A stretch of DNA of 64,000 nt from Calditrichaceae bacterium (GTDB lineage Bacteria; Calditrichota; Calditrichia; RBG-13-44-9; J075), in contig JABWBP010000036.1 in the NCBI GenBank assembly GCA_013360445.1, positions 322 to 64,321 of the forward strand. Direction: 5' to 3'. The notes beneath the pieces are model-generated. The model did no database searches and was not told where the DNA came from. It was given only the letters and a program-made list of their open reading frames with translations. Numbering within the stretch: position 1 is the first letter of the stretch; the number at the start of each line of letters is the position of its first letter. Position numbers and translations under genes: made by a program. Positions 55,074-64,000 of this stretch are shown in pieces.

Positions 55074-56201
55074 TCAGGCAGAGCGGTGATACCGATAGCG
55101 TTTTTCTTTCGTATCCAGTTCCAAAGATTTCAACAGCGAACGCAGCTTGAAGTAGCCGATTTTTACCCCTCCGTACTCCGGCTGGCGCAACATTTTCCGA
55201 ATCGCCCGGGGAGATAGTTCCGGGTGTTGGGAGATGATATCGCGCACTTTATCCGGAACCGGCATTACTTTAATATCGATCCTGCGGCTATATTTTTCTG
55301 CGTCGAAGGCGATATAATTGACTTTATCCGTCTGGACAAGAGCGGTCGATATGCCTTCGTTGGCTAAAATTCCGTCAATATTGATGTCGATCTCCTGGTC
55401 AATGATAATATTCTTGTCCTCCCCGGGAACCTCCGGCTTGAACGGAGGCTCTTCGATGAATGCTTCCTCCCCGTTACGTTCCGGTTGAAATGTAACTTCC
55501 CGTTCTTCCGGCTCTTGCGGCTTTGGGGAAGGCGCTTCGAGGGGGAGATCCACCGAAGGGGGTTCGGGTGCGGCCGGTTCTTCGAAGAGAGTCCCGGTCA
55601 GCAGCGGATTTTTCGTTTCCAGGGGTTCCCGGGCCTGCTCAGGTTTTATCTCGCCAAGCTCCCGGGCCGGTTTAAGCGGTTTCTGTTCCGGCGGGGGAAG
55701 CTCCGCGGAAACCGGCTTTTCTTTGATGGCCGGGCCGGGCGGCGCAGCTTTTTTCGCCCCGCTCTTTTTCTCCGCCGCTTTGGGCTTTTCCTTCTTTGCC
55801 TCTGGCACCGGCGCGGAAGCAGAAACCATCTTCGGCTTTAGATTGAAACTCTTGAGCGCATCTTCCAGCGAAGGATATTCGGAAATGATATGATAAAATT
55901 CCAGCATCTGGTAGATTTCGTAAATTTCCGGCCCCATATTCGCCAGCTTGATATCCCCGCTGCTCTCCCGGAAACGCTTGATCTCGCCGATCAAAACCCC
56001 CCAGCCGGCGCTGCTCATATACACCAGGTTCTGTAAATTGAAAACCAGGCGGTAGTACTTATCCTTCAGGGATTTGTTGATCATCTCCTGCAAAAGGTGG
56101 CAATTGGCCTGGTCCACGTAGCCGCTGATCCCGATCAGCATGATGCGGGCTTCTTCGTCCATTACTTTTGTTTCGATTTTGATGCCTTCTTGCTCAATCA
56201 T
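55074..56201 (-). CDS. STAS (anti-anti-sigma) domain protein with Pro/Glu/Lys-rich linker and C-terminal HTH-like domain
   Basis: ISGYVD, LVYMSSAGWGVL, GDIKLANM..IYEIYQMLEF, a low-complexity linker, then IISQHPELSPRAIRKML..IGYFKLRSLLKSLEL. Confidence 0.8.
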   Translation of the reverse strand: MIEQEGIKIETKVMDEEARIMLIGISGYVDQANCHLLQEMINKSLKDKYYRLVFNLQNLVYMSSAGWGVLIGEIKRFRESSGDIKLANMGPEIYEIYQMLEFYHIISEYPSLEDALKSFNLKPKMVSASAPVPEAKKEKPKAAEKKSGAKKAAPPGPAIKEKPVSAELPPPEQKPLKPARELGEIKPEQAREPLETKNPLLTGTLFEEPAAPEPPSVDLPLEAPSPKPQEPEEREVTFQPERNGEEAFIEEPPFKPEVPGEDKNIIIDQEIDINIDGILANEGISTALVQTDKVNYIAFDAEKYSRRIDIKVMPVPDKVRDIISQHPELSPRAIRKMLRQPEYGGVKIGYFKLRSLLKSLELDTKEKRYRYHRSA

Positions 56202-56221
56202 TTTACATCTTTTCGGTTTTT

Positions 56222-56236
56222 GTAACTATTCAGCCA
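56222..56236 (+). mobile_element. Solo IS66-like terminus
   Basis: GTAACTATTCAGCCA matches the MITE left end (14/15). No partner end was found. Confidence 0.45.
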
Positions 56237-56510
56237 TCCGTGAAATGGCATCCCGCGTGGCCGAAATGCCTTGTTCTTCCTGAAAAAGCGCGCCGTGTGC
56301 ATTTATAATGATCGGAAATGGCGGCATTAATATTAGTTGTTATTTCAATTTACAAACTCAAATATAATTTCATTAACCTTCCATTACAAGAAGGGGGTAA
56401 ATATCTGTGAGTTAGCTTAAACCGCGCTGAAAAACTCTTGCCCACCCTTATCCTGCAACATTTTTCTATCCCGAAATCGAAGAATGGGAGATGCAAGTCT
56501 CCGTTTCTCC

Positions 56511-57359
56511 CTATTGCCTGCCGCCGGCCAAACCCGCTTCCCGGAAAGACGTGAACGGGAACAGGTCCGTAATGGTGTTCAGCCTTTCCAAAAAAGTATT
56601 GATGCCGCGGTAATGGCGGATTTTCCCCAACAGGCTCAAGGGAACCCTGGGCAGGTCAAGGTCAAATTCCCACGGGTGGGCGTAAAAAATGACCGGGCGT
56701 TTTTCCTGCTGGCAGCGCTTCATCAACTGCACGGAGAGGGGAAAGGGATACAGCCGAAAATAGCCTCCCCCGCTGCAGGGAAGGTTAACCTTGCCCAACC
56801 GTACCGTGGTCATGGGATATTCCCACAACTCTTGTTCGCCCTCGCGGTAGATAACGTACGGCTCCCGGGGCGCTTCGGGAATGCCATAGCGGTCGTGATG
56901 AATGGGGAATACCGAGGAATCGTAGCGCAGCCCCTCTTTCAACATAATCGGGAGCGCCCAAAAGGAAGATTTGGTAATCGAGAACGTGGGGGCGCGATAC
57001 CCGGCGACCGGGGCGGCGGAAAGCGAATTGAGAATATCCAGAGAGCGGCGTAAATCCGCGCGGAATTCTTCCGGTTCGAGGTGGGTGACCATGCGGTGGG
57101 CGTACCCGTGAGAAGCGATTTCGTGGCCTTCCCGCGCCGCATCGCGCACGATGGCGGGGTATTTTTCCGCTACCCAGCCCAGGAAAAAAAAGGTGGCGGT
57201 CAATCGTTTTTTGCTCAAAAAGGTCAGGATAATCTCGGTGTTCTTCTTAACCCGGCTTTCCAGGAGGCTCCATTGCTCCATCGGAAACCTGCCGGAAAAT
57301 ATTTCCGGGTGAAACCAGTCTTCAATATCAAACGACAGGATGTTGGTAAAATTCTTCAT
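56511..57359 (-). CDS. Polysaccharide deacetylase, XrtA/PEP-CTERM-associated type (DUF3473)
   Basis: LSFDIEDWFH, ATFFFLGWVAE, HEIASHGYAH, GYRAPTFSI, YDSSVFP, SGGGYFRLYP and FYAHPWEFD. Confidence 0.92.
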   Translation of the reverse strand: MKNFTNILSFDIEDWFHPEIFSGRFPMEQWSLLESRVKKNTEIILTFLSKKRLTATFFFLGWVAEKYPAIVRDAAREGHEIASHGYAHRMVTHLEPEEFRADLRRSLDILNSLSAAPVAGYRAPTFSITKSSFWALPIMLKEGLRYDSSVFPIHHDRYGIPEAPREPYVIYREGEQELWEYPMTTVRLGKVNLPCSGGGYFRLYPFPLSVQLMKRCQQEKRPVIFYAHPWEFDLDLPRVPLSLLGKIRHYRGINTFLERLNTITDLFPFTSFREAGLAGGRQ

Positions 57360-57443
57360 CAGCGATTCCGAAAATAGCCGCCACTCGCCCGGCAGGGATT
57401 ATTACAACTTCATAGATAAAGAAAAAGGCCAACCGGCCTCTTC

Positions 57444-58454
57444 TTACTGTCCTCTTGCGCTCAGTACTACCCAAAGCGTTTTGAAAAGAATTTTTAAATA
57501 TAACCTGACCGGATGCGGATTTTCAATATAGTAAAGATCATACTGCAATTTTTCCTTCACGTCATCCAGGGTCTCGTCGTAGCCGCCTTCCACCTGGGCG
57601 TAACCGGTCAGCCCCGGCTTCACTTTCAAACGATCCATGTAGCGGTGAATTTCCTTGCGATATTTTTCCACGAAATAGGGTCGCTCCGGGCGCGGGCCTA
57701 CCAGGCTCATATCCCCGCGGATCACATTTACCAACTGGGGCAGCTCGTCCACCCGGGTTTTGCGGATGAAACGCCCGACTTTGGTAATCCGGGGGTCGTT
57801 GCGGGTAGCCAACTGCGGCCCGCTGTATTTTTCCGCATCGGAATACATGCTGCGGAATTTGTAAATTCTGAAGATCCGGCCGCCCTTCCCCACCCGTTCC
57901 TGGCTATAGAGCACCCTGCCGGCGGATTCCAGCTTGATGGCGACGGCGATTAGAATCCAGGAAGGCAGAAACAACAAGAATAGCATGATCGAGATGGCCA
58001 AATCCAATATCCGTTGAAGACGGTGCTCTGCCGGGGGCGATTGCTCGGTGATAATTTCCGAAAGGGTATGATCGTAATCGACATCATAAGTATGCGGAAG
58101 AATTTCGTAGGCAATTTGCTCTTTTTCGCACTTCTGGATCACTTCATGCAGCTTTTGGAAATCGCCCGGATCGATCGCCAACACCACCCGGTCGATATTG
58201 TGGCGCAGCATGATTTTTTTAATATCCGCCATCTCTCCCAAAATATTGGGAAATTTTGAGCGGTCGAAGTTATTTTCTACCGGCTCGATATTGATGAATC
58301 CGACTATCCTGCGCCCATTCTGCTTAAATAACGAAGCGTTTTCCCAAAGCCTGGTAGCAATCCGATTTAAACCTAAGATGGCAATGTTAGAAGCGTCGGA
58401 AGAAAACGATTTTCTGATCACATTTACTTTTCCGTACAAATTCACCTGCGACAT
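57444..58454 (-). CDS. Priming sugar-phosphate transferase (Bac_transf)
   Basis: [57 protein letters not shown] and [10 protein letters not shown]. Confidence 0.93.
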   Translation of the reverse strand: MSQVNLYGKVNVIRKSFSSDASNIAILGLNRIATRLWENASLFKQNGRRIVGFINIEPVENNFDRSKFPNILGEMADIKKIMLRHNIDRVVLAIDPGDFQKLHEVIQKCEKEQIAYEILPHTYDVDYDHTLSEIITEQSPPAEHRLQRILDLAISIMLFLLFLPSWILIAVAIKLESAGRVLYSQERVGKGGRIFRIYKFRSMYSDAEKYSGPQLATRNDPRITKVGRFIRKTRVDELPQLVNVIRGDMSLVGPRPERPYFVEKYRKEIHRYMDRLKVKPGLTGYAQVEGGYDETLDDVKEKLQYDLYYIENPHPVRLYLKILFKTLWVVLSARGQ

Positions 58455-58868
58455 AAGATTGTTCTATCTCAACAATAATAATAGTCAACATCCTGCCAAA
58501 ATTTGTGAACCATGTCAAGCCGGCGAATAACCATATATAGCTCCGCCATGTCAATTACACTCATAGTTTTAATATAGTTATAGCCGGTAGTGCCTGTATG
58601 ACTCATCTCACAGAAGGATTTCACTTATTTTTACCCTCCCGCGCCTGTTTCAATGGTCGAAATCCCCCGCGGAATCATTAGCGGGGATCCCAAATGCTTT
58701 TAAAGCATCCCAAAGTACAGGGCGTTGTGAACGCCCGGCACTCAGCGCTATGCGCTATGCACTATGCGCTTCGCGCCCCCCAGGAGATTTGCATAAAAAC
58801 CGTTTCAATAAATCAGGTTGGACTATTAAATTGCCGCCTCAAGGAGTTCGATCAAAACTGAAGTTGAT

Positions 58869-59465
58869 ATGCGGCTAACCATACCCAACCAGCTTACCAT
58901 TCTGCGCATCATCCTGACGCCGGTTTTTATCATCCTGTTTCTAAAAGAAGCTCCCCTGGAGCAACTATCCGCCTCGATCATCTTTACGATTGCGGCCCTG
59001 ACCGATTGGTACGACGGTTGGTACGCCCGCAAATTCGGGGTGATTACCCGGCTGGGGCAATTTATGGATCCCCTGGCCGACAAGGTTCTGGTCAGCTCCG
59101 CCCTGCTGGTATTCGCGGCGCTGGGCTATGTTTTTTCCTGGATGGTCTGGATCATTATCATTCGCGACGCCTTCATTACCGCCACGCGGATTTTCGCCCT
59201 GAAAGTCGGCAAGCCGATCATTACCCACGTGCTGGCCAAGTGGAAAACCGCCGCCCAAATGACCACCATTTTTTTGATTTTGATCTTCATCAACTGGTAT
59301 AACTACTCTGCCGGCAACCCGGATACCTATGCGGCCCGCTATTTCGACCCGATCGGGATTGCCATGCTGATCGTAACCTTCCTGACCGCGCTATCCGGAG
59401 GGATTTACCTGGTGGAAAATCGAGGGTTGTTGCTGAATATTTTCAGGAGGGTGGTGCGGTTGTGA
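58869..59465 (+). CDS. pgsA: CDP-diacylglycerol--glycerol-3-phosphate 3-phosphatidyltransferase
   Basis: IPNQLTILRI, TDWYDGWYAR..GQFMDPLADK, IIRD and AKWKTAAQM. Confidence 0.92.
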   Translation: MRLTIPNQLTILRIILTPVFIILFLKEAPLEQLSASIIFTIAALTDWYDGWYARKFGVITRLGQFMDPLADKVLVSSALLVFAALGYVFSWMVWIIIIRDAFITATRIFALKVGKPIITHVLAKWKTAAQMTTIFLILIFINWYNYSAGNPDTYAARYFDPIGIAMLIVTFLTALSGGIYLVENRGLLLNIFRRVVRL

Positions 59466-59570
59466 AGTGGAGGAAACGAGGGAAAACTAAGATCGCGGCG
59501 CTTGGCGAATTTCTTACGGCTGGTAACAACTATCCGAAATCAGTTGGCAGGAAGGTCTTAACGGCATATA

Positions 59571-59617
59571 AACCTCCCGAATCCTGCATTCGGCAGAATT
59601 CGGGAGATCGGAAGGTT
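59571..59617. terminator. Hairpin between convergent genes (terminator or REP remnant)
   Basis: CTCCCGAAT.CTGC-attcg-GCAG.ATTCGGGAG with outer AACCT / AGGTT. Confidence 0.5.
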
Positions 59618-59621
59618 AAAT

Positions 59622-60494
59622 CTACTTCATCAACATCATTTTCCGGCTCTGCACCTTATCGCCGGTAATCAAACGATAGAAATAGGCCCCACTGGGAAGA
59701 TTTTCGGCGGTCCAGGTGAGGCGGTAAGTCCCCGTCGCCATTCTTTGCTGGTTCACCAGCCGTTCCACTTCCTGCCCCAGGGAATTGTAAACGATCAAAG
59801 AAACCGTCTCCGCCGCGGGAAGGGAAAATTCGATAGTGGTAGAGGGGTTGAAGGGGTTGGGATAGTTCTGCTTCAGGGTATATTCCGCCGGAACTGCGGG
59901 ATCCAGCACCAGGTCGATGCCGCTGACGCCGGAGAGGGTCAGGTCGTCAACCAGGAAGAAAGTCCCGGCAGTGCCCCCGATGGTTCCGGTGGTATCCCCG
60001 GCAAATATCTCGATATAACAGTTATTGGGCACATCGCCGCTTATGTATTGGATGGGAATGTCAAAAGAAGCATAACCGGAAGTGGCGGGGGGGAGATAAG
60101 AGTAACCTGCGCCGACGCCGATACTATCCTTATACATAATTACCCAGGCAAACATTGCATCCGTACCCTGGGGGGAGAACTGGTAATACCCGCTAAAATT
60201 TGCGTAACGCTGGGAAACCGGGAATCCCTGCGCGGTGTCTCCGGCGATCATATAGGGAGGAAAGAGAAAGCCGGAAAAATCCACCACGTCCCCCCGGGCG
60301 GCGGAACTGCCGGAGTGGCTATTAGCTGATTGGGTGATGGGGGTAAAAAAACCCGGAACATTCGGGGTTAACCAACCATCCGGATTACCGGCGGTCCATT
60401 GTTCGAAGCCGCCGTTGGGAATCTGGGCCTGGCTTCCCAGAGTGAAAAAGAGTATCGCCAGCAAACTCATCAAAAATCCGAACCGCTTATACAT
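59622..60494 (-). CDS. Secreted protein with a putative carbohydrate-binding jelly-roll domain and FlgD-Ig/T9SS-like CTD
   Basis: Signal peptide, QIPNGGFEQW..PDGW, HSGSSAAR, FLVDDLTL and NYPNPFNPSTTIEF. Confidence 0.75.
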   Translation of the reverse strand: MYKRFGFLMSLLAILFFTLGSQAQIPNGGFEQWTAGNPDGWLTPNVPGFFTPITQSANSHSGSSAARGDVVDFSGFLFPPYMIAGDTAQGFPVSQRYANFSGYYQFSPQGTDAMFAWVIMYKDSIGVGAGYSYLPPATSGYASFDIPIQYISGDVPNNCYIEIFAGDTTGTIGGTAGTFFLVDDLTLSGVSGIDLVLDPAVPAEYTLKQNYPNPFNPSTTIEFSLPAAETVSLIVYNSLGQEVERLVNQQRMATGTYRLTWTAENLPSGAYFYRLITGDKVQSRKMMLMK

Positions 60495-60533
60495 AATTGT
60501 TCTCCTTCATGCATGATATTAGGTGAGATATTT

Positions 60534-60567
60534 AACCTCCCGAAGGGGCTTGAGCCTTCGGGAGGTT
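60534..60567. terminator. Perfect 13-bp hairpin (terminator or REP) after the S8 gene
   Basis: AACCTCCCGAAGG-ggcttgag-CCTTCGGGAGGTT. Confidence 0.6.
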
Positions 60568-60586
60568 GAATTGAGAGAATTCGGGA

Positions 60587-62947
60587 TCAACGCGCTAACA
60601 ACATTTTCTTCACTTCTCTAAAGCTTCCCGCTTCGATCCGGTAGAAATAGACCCCGCTGCCCAACTGGCTGGCGTCGAAATCCACCTGGTACTTTCCCGC
60701 GGCCAGCGGTTCATCCACCAAAGTGGCGACCAACTGTCCCAAAACGTTATACACCAGCAGCTTGACCGGCCCGGCCTGGGAAACGGCAAAGCGGATGTTG
60801 GTGCTGGGGTTGAAGGGGTTGGGGAAGTTCTGTTCTAACTCGTAACTGGCCGGTACCTGCGGGTCTATCGGCTCGATGCCGCTGATGACGCCCTGCACCG
60901 CCGCCAGGGCATTCACCCGCCCGTAACCCCAATTGTAGTTGGGGGTGGTGCCGGTCCAACTGTCCACCCGGGCGGTGGAGGTGAGGATATTCAGCACCGT
61001 CTGGGGAGTGAGCCTGTGATTCTTTTGCAGCATCAGCGCCACCACCCCGGTGATATGCGGGGAGGCCATGCTGGTTCCCTGCTGTTTTTGGTGCTTGCCG
61101 CCCAACAAGATGTTATGCGGCTGCACCCCGGTGCCGATGGTCAAATCACTGGAAAGAGGCGCAAGGATGGCTTCCCCGGGAGCGGTAATCTGCGGTTTCA
61201 GCCGCCCGTCGCGGGTAGGCCCATGGCTGCTGAAGTAAGAAAGCTGGCCGATGGTGGGAACCACCGGCCCGCCGGGACCGGGATTCTGTTGCTGCTGGGT
61301 TTGGCCGTTCACGTCGATCCACTGGTTCTTGGTCACGTAAGAGCCGACGGTAATAATCTGGTTGGCCGTTCCCGGCATGCCCACGGATTTGTCGTTGTCC
61401 CCGGGGCGAATCCAGGTGCCGGAGTCGATGGTAAAGTAACCGCCTGTCACCACCCACATATCAAAACTGGGGCTGCCGGAGCTGCTGAAGGTATAGAGAG
61501 ACCAGAACACCGTGTTGATGGGCAGGGCGCCGTTGTTGCTGTCGATGAGCACCAGCACCCGGCGGGCGTTATTCTGCGGATCGTTCAGAGTCGTCGCATC
61601 GATAGATATTAACCCGTAAGTGGTGCCGCTGACCGTGAAAGGCACATTTTGGATACTCTGCCCGGGCGCAACCGGGTTGGTCCACCCGAGTAGTTGAGCA
61701 TTTTGATCGTAGGCGGCGATGCCGACGGAAATGTTGCCGGTGTTATACCACATATCCGCTAACGTAACGGCGCTGCTGCCGTCGGCGATCCAGATGGTTT
61801 CCAGGGCGTCGTTGTAGCTGCTGCCCTGCTGGGTGGCATACCCGCCGTGAATGAAATCGGAGCCTTCGTTCCCGGCCGCCGCCACGATGATTTTACTCGG
61901 CCCGGTAAGGTTATCCAGCGCCTGTTCGTAAAGGCTGGTGCCGTCGTGGGCGCCAAAATGCCCGCCCAAGCTCAGGTTTACCGCCGCGGCTTTGCCCATC
62001 GCTATCGCTTTGGAGAAGGTGTAGGCGACCCCGTCAACCACATCGCTATCGGCAAAACCGCCGTTGCTGTTGTGGTCGCGGATGCCTTTCACAAAAATAA
62101 TGTCCGACTGGGGAGCCATGCCGATATACCCCGCCTGGGCGCGGCCGCTGCCCGCGGCTGTGCCGGCCACGTGGGTTCCGTGGCCGCCGCCGCCGTTGCC
62201 GTCGATCTCAAGGCACTGGCCGGCGTCGATCTGCGCCTTGGTGTATTCCCGCCCGTAGTTGTAGCCGGAAGGGGGATTGCTGGTGCCGGACATATCCCAG
62301 AGGTACTGAATTCGGGTAGTGCCGTCGTTCCAATCGAAATCGTCGTGTTTCCAGTCGATGCCGCTATCCAGCACGCCGACCACCACTCCGGCGCCGTTGT
62401 AGGGCTGGGGCAGCCCCACGCCGTTATGGACGTCGTCGGCGTTGATCTCAACCCGGCTGACGTCGATCAGGGCTTTGGATTTGGCGCTGATCTGCATGGA
62501 GTGGATGGCGCCGTCTTTGGCCAGGTTTTCCACCGCGGCAACCGGCAGGGTAGCGGTGAGAATATCGCCGGCCACCGTGGAGACCGCGCCGCCGGCGGCT
62601 TCGATTGACGCAATCGCCGCGTCCGTATTGTAAGTCTTTACGAACACCGCTACCGTATATTCGCCGGAAACGTTCTGCTCCACCCGGGCAATTTCAGCGA
62701 ACTTCCGGGCCGCAGCCTGCTTTTGAAGTGCGGCGCCGCTGTCCCGGAAATTGCGGACCACATAGCGCAGCAGGGGATCGATCTTCCCCGCAGTTTCATC
62801 GCCGGTAACCACCGGCGCAGAAATCGCTTTCGACAGGTCCGCCGGGAATTGCTTCTCGATTCCAACCGCTTTGCCGCGCTCCCGGGCAACAACGAAACCG
62901 GAAAAGAACATCGCCACACAAAGTGCGGCCACTATAGACTTGAACAT
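60587..62947 (-). CDS. Secreted subtilisin-like (S8) serine protease with propeptide, inserted domain and FlgD-Ig/T9SS-like CTD
   Basis: Catalytic triad in GVLDSGID, HGTHVAGTAAG and GTSMASPH, oxyanion AAAGNEG, and NFPNPFNPST. RBS GGAGG before ATG 62947. Confidence 0.93.
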   Translation of the reverse strand: MFKSIVAALCVAMFFSGFVVARERGKAVGIEKQFPADLSKAISAPVVTGDETAGKIDPLLRYVVRNFRDSGAALQKQAAARKFAEIARVEQNVSGEYTVAVFVKTYNTDAAIASIEAAGGAVSTVAGDILTATLPVAAVENLAKDGAIHSMQISAKSKALIDVSRVEINADDVHNGVGLPQPYNGAGVVVGVLDSGIDWKHDDFDWNDGTTRIQYLWDMSGTSNPPSGYNYGREYTKAQIDAGQCLEIDGNGGGGHGTHVAGTAAGSGRAQAGYIGMAPQSDIIFVKGIRDHNSNGGFADSDVVDGVAYTFSKAIAMGKAAAVNLSLGGHFGAHDGTSLYEQALDNLTGPSKIIVAAAGNEGSDFIHGGYATQQGSSYNDALETIWIADGSSAVTLADMWYNTGNISVGIAAYDQNAQLLGWTNPVAPGQSIQNVPFTVSGTTYGLISIDATTLNDPQNNARRVLVLIDSNNGALPINTVFWSLYTFSSSGSPSFDMWVVTGGYFTIDSGTWIRPGDNDKSVGMPGTANQIITVGSYVTKNQWIDVNGQTQQQQNPGPGGPVVPTIGQLSYFSSHGPTRDGRLKPQITAPGEAILAPLSSDLTIGTGVQPHNILLGGKHQKQQGTSMASPHITGVVALMLQKNHRLTPQTVLNILTSTARVDSWTGTTPNYNWGYGRVNALAAVQGVISGIEPIDPQVPASYELEQNFPNPFNPSTNIRFAVSQAGPVKLLVYNVLGQLVATLVDEPLAAGKYQVDFDASQLGSGVYFYRIEAGSFREVKKMLLAR

Positions 62948-63096
62948 AACTATTCCTCCTGTGGTTTTATGGTATAGTGTTAAACACTGACAGCCTCGAC
63001 ACCGACAGTTTTGGTCGATGTTGGGATTTTTGGCATGATGGAGTGTTGCCAAAACCGCTAACAGCAATCCATTAATCCAATACTCCAATCCTCTAT

Positions 63097-63423
63097 TTAA
63101 TATTTCCGTTCCACCGATAGAGCCAATTGAATGACATAATCGTGCCTGGCCAGCTCCCGGATTTGCCGGGCGGTTCCGGTAGCGGTAAAAATATCCCCGG
63201 TGACGGTATGAATGGTGGCGCCGCTGGCTTCCAACTGCGAGCGCATTTCTTCCGAAATGGGTTGGCTGCACTTGCCCAGAACCTGGATCGGCTCTTCGCT
63301 GGCGCTTTTTTCCGCGGTTTCCACTTTCAGCCGCAAAGGGGCGTCGAGTTTTTCCGACTTATCGGAACGGGATGAGGCGCAGGCCAGGAAAAACATTAAC
63401 ACAAACAGTAGTGCTGGTTTCAT
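63097..63423 (-). CDS. Small lipoprotein resembling the S8 propeptide
   Basis: Lipobox FLAC and RBS GGAAGG. KLDAPLR and LEASGATIHTVTGDIFTAT align with the neighbouring protease prodomain. Confidence 0.75.
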   Translation of the reverse strand: MKPALLFVLMFFLACASSRSDKSEKLDAPLRLKVETAEKSASEEPIQVLGKCSQPISEEMRSQLEASGATIHTVTGDIFTATGTARQIRELARHDYVIQLALSVERKY

Positions 63424-63605
63424 GAGAATCATCCTTCCATAATTGGATTGAGAAGCTGATTAGTATAAAAGCGGTGCAAATATAAGTTGATCACCTTGAG
63501 CGGTCAAGACATCTTTTTGAGTTCACGCAAAAATTAAACCGCTTTTCTCTTTTTCATTCCTTACCCGTTATCCGTCTCTAACACCCGGGCGTTTTAAAGA
63601 TTATG

Positions 63606-64000
63606 TCACTGGATGATGAACGGATTTTGTGGAAGCATCTGCGCAGTCAGGTTGTGCAAAGCTACTTTCCATTTCAGGGGCTTGCCGGGCAGGTCTTCCC
63701 TCCGGGCGTCGTTCAACAGGTAGCGGAGTGTTTTATCGTCAATGGATTTTTGCACGTCGAAAATTTGCAGCAAAAAGGGCGTATCTTTGGCGACAATCCC
63801 CTCGCTTCCGGCTCGCAAAATATTTCCTTCGCGGTCTAACAGCATCCCGGTCACTTGCAGCACTTCTACCGGCTTGTCTTCCGCGCTCAGAAATTTGATA
63901 CCCTCCTCATATTTGGTTCCTAACACCACTTTTTTCTCGAACAACCCTTTATCGGCCTTGGGATACTGGCTAAAGCCCAGGTTGATGAAGAGCAGGTACT
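63606..64000 (-). CDS. Hypothetical protein (5' end beyond the window)
   Basis: The frame is open to the window edge (YLLFINLGFSQYPKADKGLFEKK...). Confidence 0.7.
   Translation of the reverse strand, partial: YLLFINLGFSQYPKADKGLFEKKVVLGTKYEEGIKFLSAEDKPVEVLQVTGMLLDREGNILRAGSEGIVAKDTPFLLQIFDVQKSIDDKTLRYLLNDARREDLPGKPLKWKVALHNLTAQMLPQNPFIIQ

Noticed and set aside
58455..58868. ops/JUMPstart antitermination element ahead of the EPS operon
   Set aside because: No GGCGGTAG-like motif on the operon (minus) strand. The only similar word (GCCGGTAG) is on the plus strand.
1468..62608. Long antisense/shadow ORFs (e.g. 1468-2205, 12695-13498, 28659-29627, 37581-38720, 45769-46701, 61847-62608)
   Set aside because: They lie opposite well-supported genes, show no motifs, and are expected in GC-rich coding DNA.
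59622..62947. Claim that a Bacteroidota-type T9SS is present
   Set aside because: Only CTD-like cargo tails are visible. No secretion machinery genes are in the window, so the export route cannot be established.
62948..63271. N-terminal extensions given by the ORF track (also at 4488, 9186, 17972, 18552, 21574, 34365, 35981, 39472, 44411)
   Set aside because: Downstream ATGs have better RBS, signal peptides or family-typical starts. The extensions run through repeats or neighbouring genes.

Overview
This is a bacterial chromosomal window of moderately high GC. Several secreted proteins end in 'YPNPFNP..T.I' FlgD-Ig/T9SS-like sorting domains, which suggests Calditrichota or a related FCB-group lineage (inference). 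The left part (1-22.5 kb) carries a PEGA protein, rarA, two large secreted FG-GAP/beta-propeller proteins (one with dockerin and cohesin modules), a HEPN/MNT toxin-antitoxin pair, DUF488, a PAP2 phosphatase, a GT39/ArnT-like enzyme, sodC, DinB, pepF, DUF202, kup, a GT2, an RRM protein and a cold-shock protein. The centre (22.6-58.5 kb, all minus strand) is a ~36 kb Wzx/Wzy exopolysaccharide locus. It has the expected core (priming transferase, Wza-like, Wzc, Wzx, Wzy-like, GT4s, epimerase). It also has an unusually large tailoring set: ACP, AMP-ligase, LuxE, LuxC, FabG, GNAT, MBOAT plus SGNH-like partner, FemAB-like, three ATP-grasp ligases (one fused to a LMW tyrosine phosphatase), two APH-like kinases, two deacetylases and a STAS-HTH protein. 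The right part carries pgsA, a small secreted protein, an S8 protease and an upstream lipoprotein resembling that protease's own propeptide. Intergenic DNA is full of nested palindromic miniature elements (several MITEs with different TIRs and exact target-site duplications) and inverted pairs of 7-16 bp tandem arrays at gene junctions. I saw no rRNA, tRNA, CRISPR array or transposase gene. All family assignments come from motif recognition by eye, not database searches.
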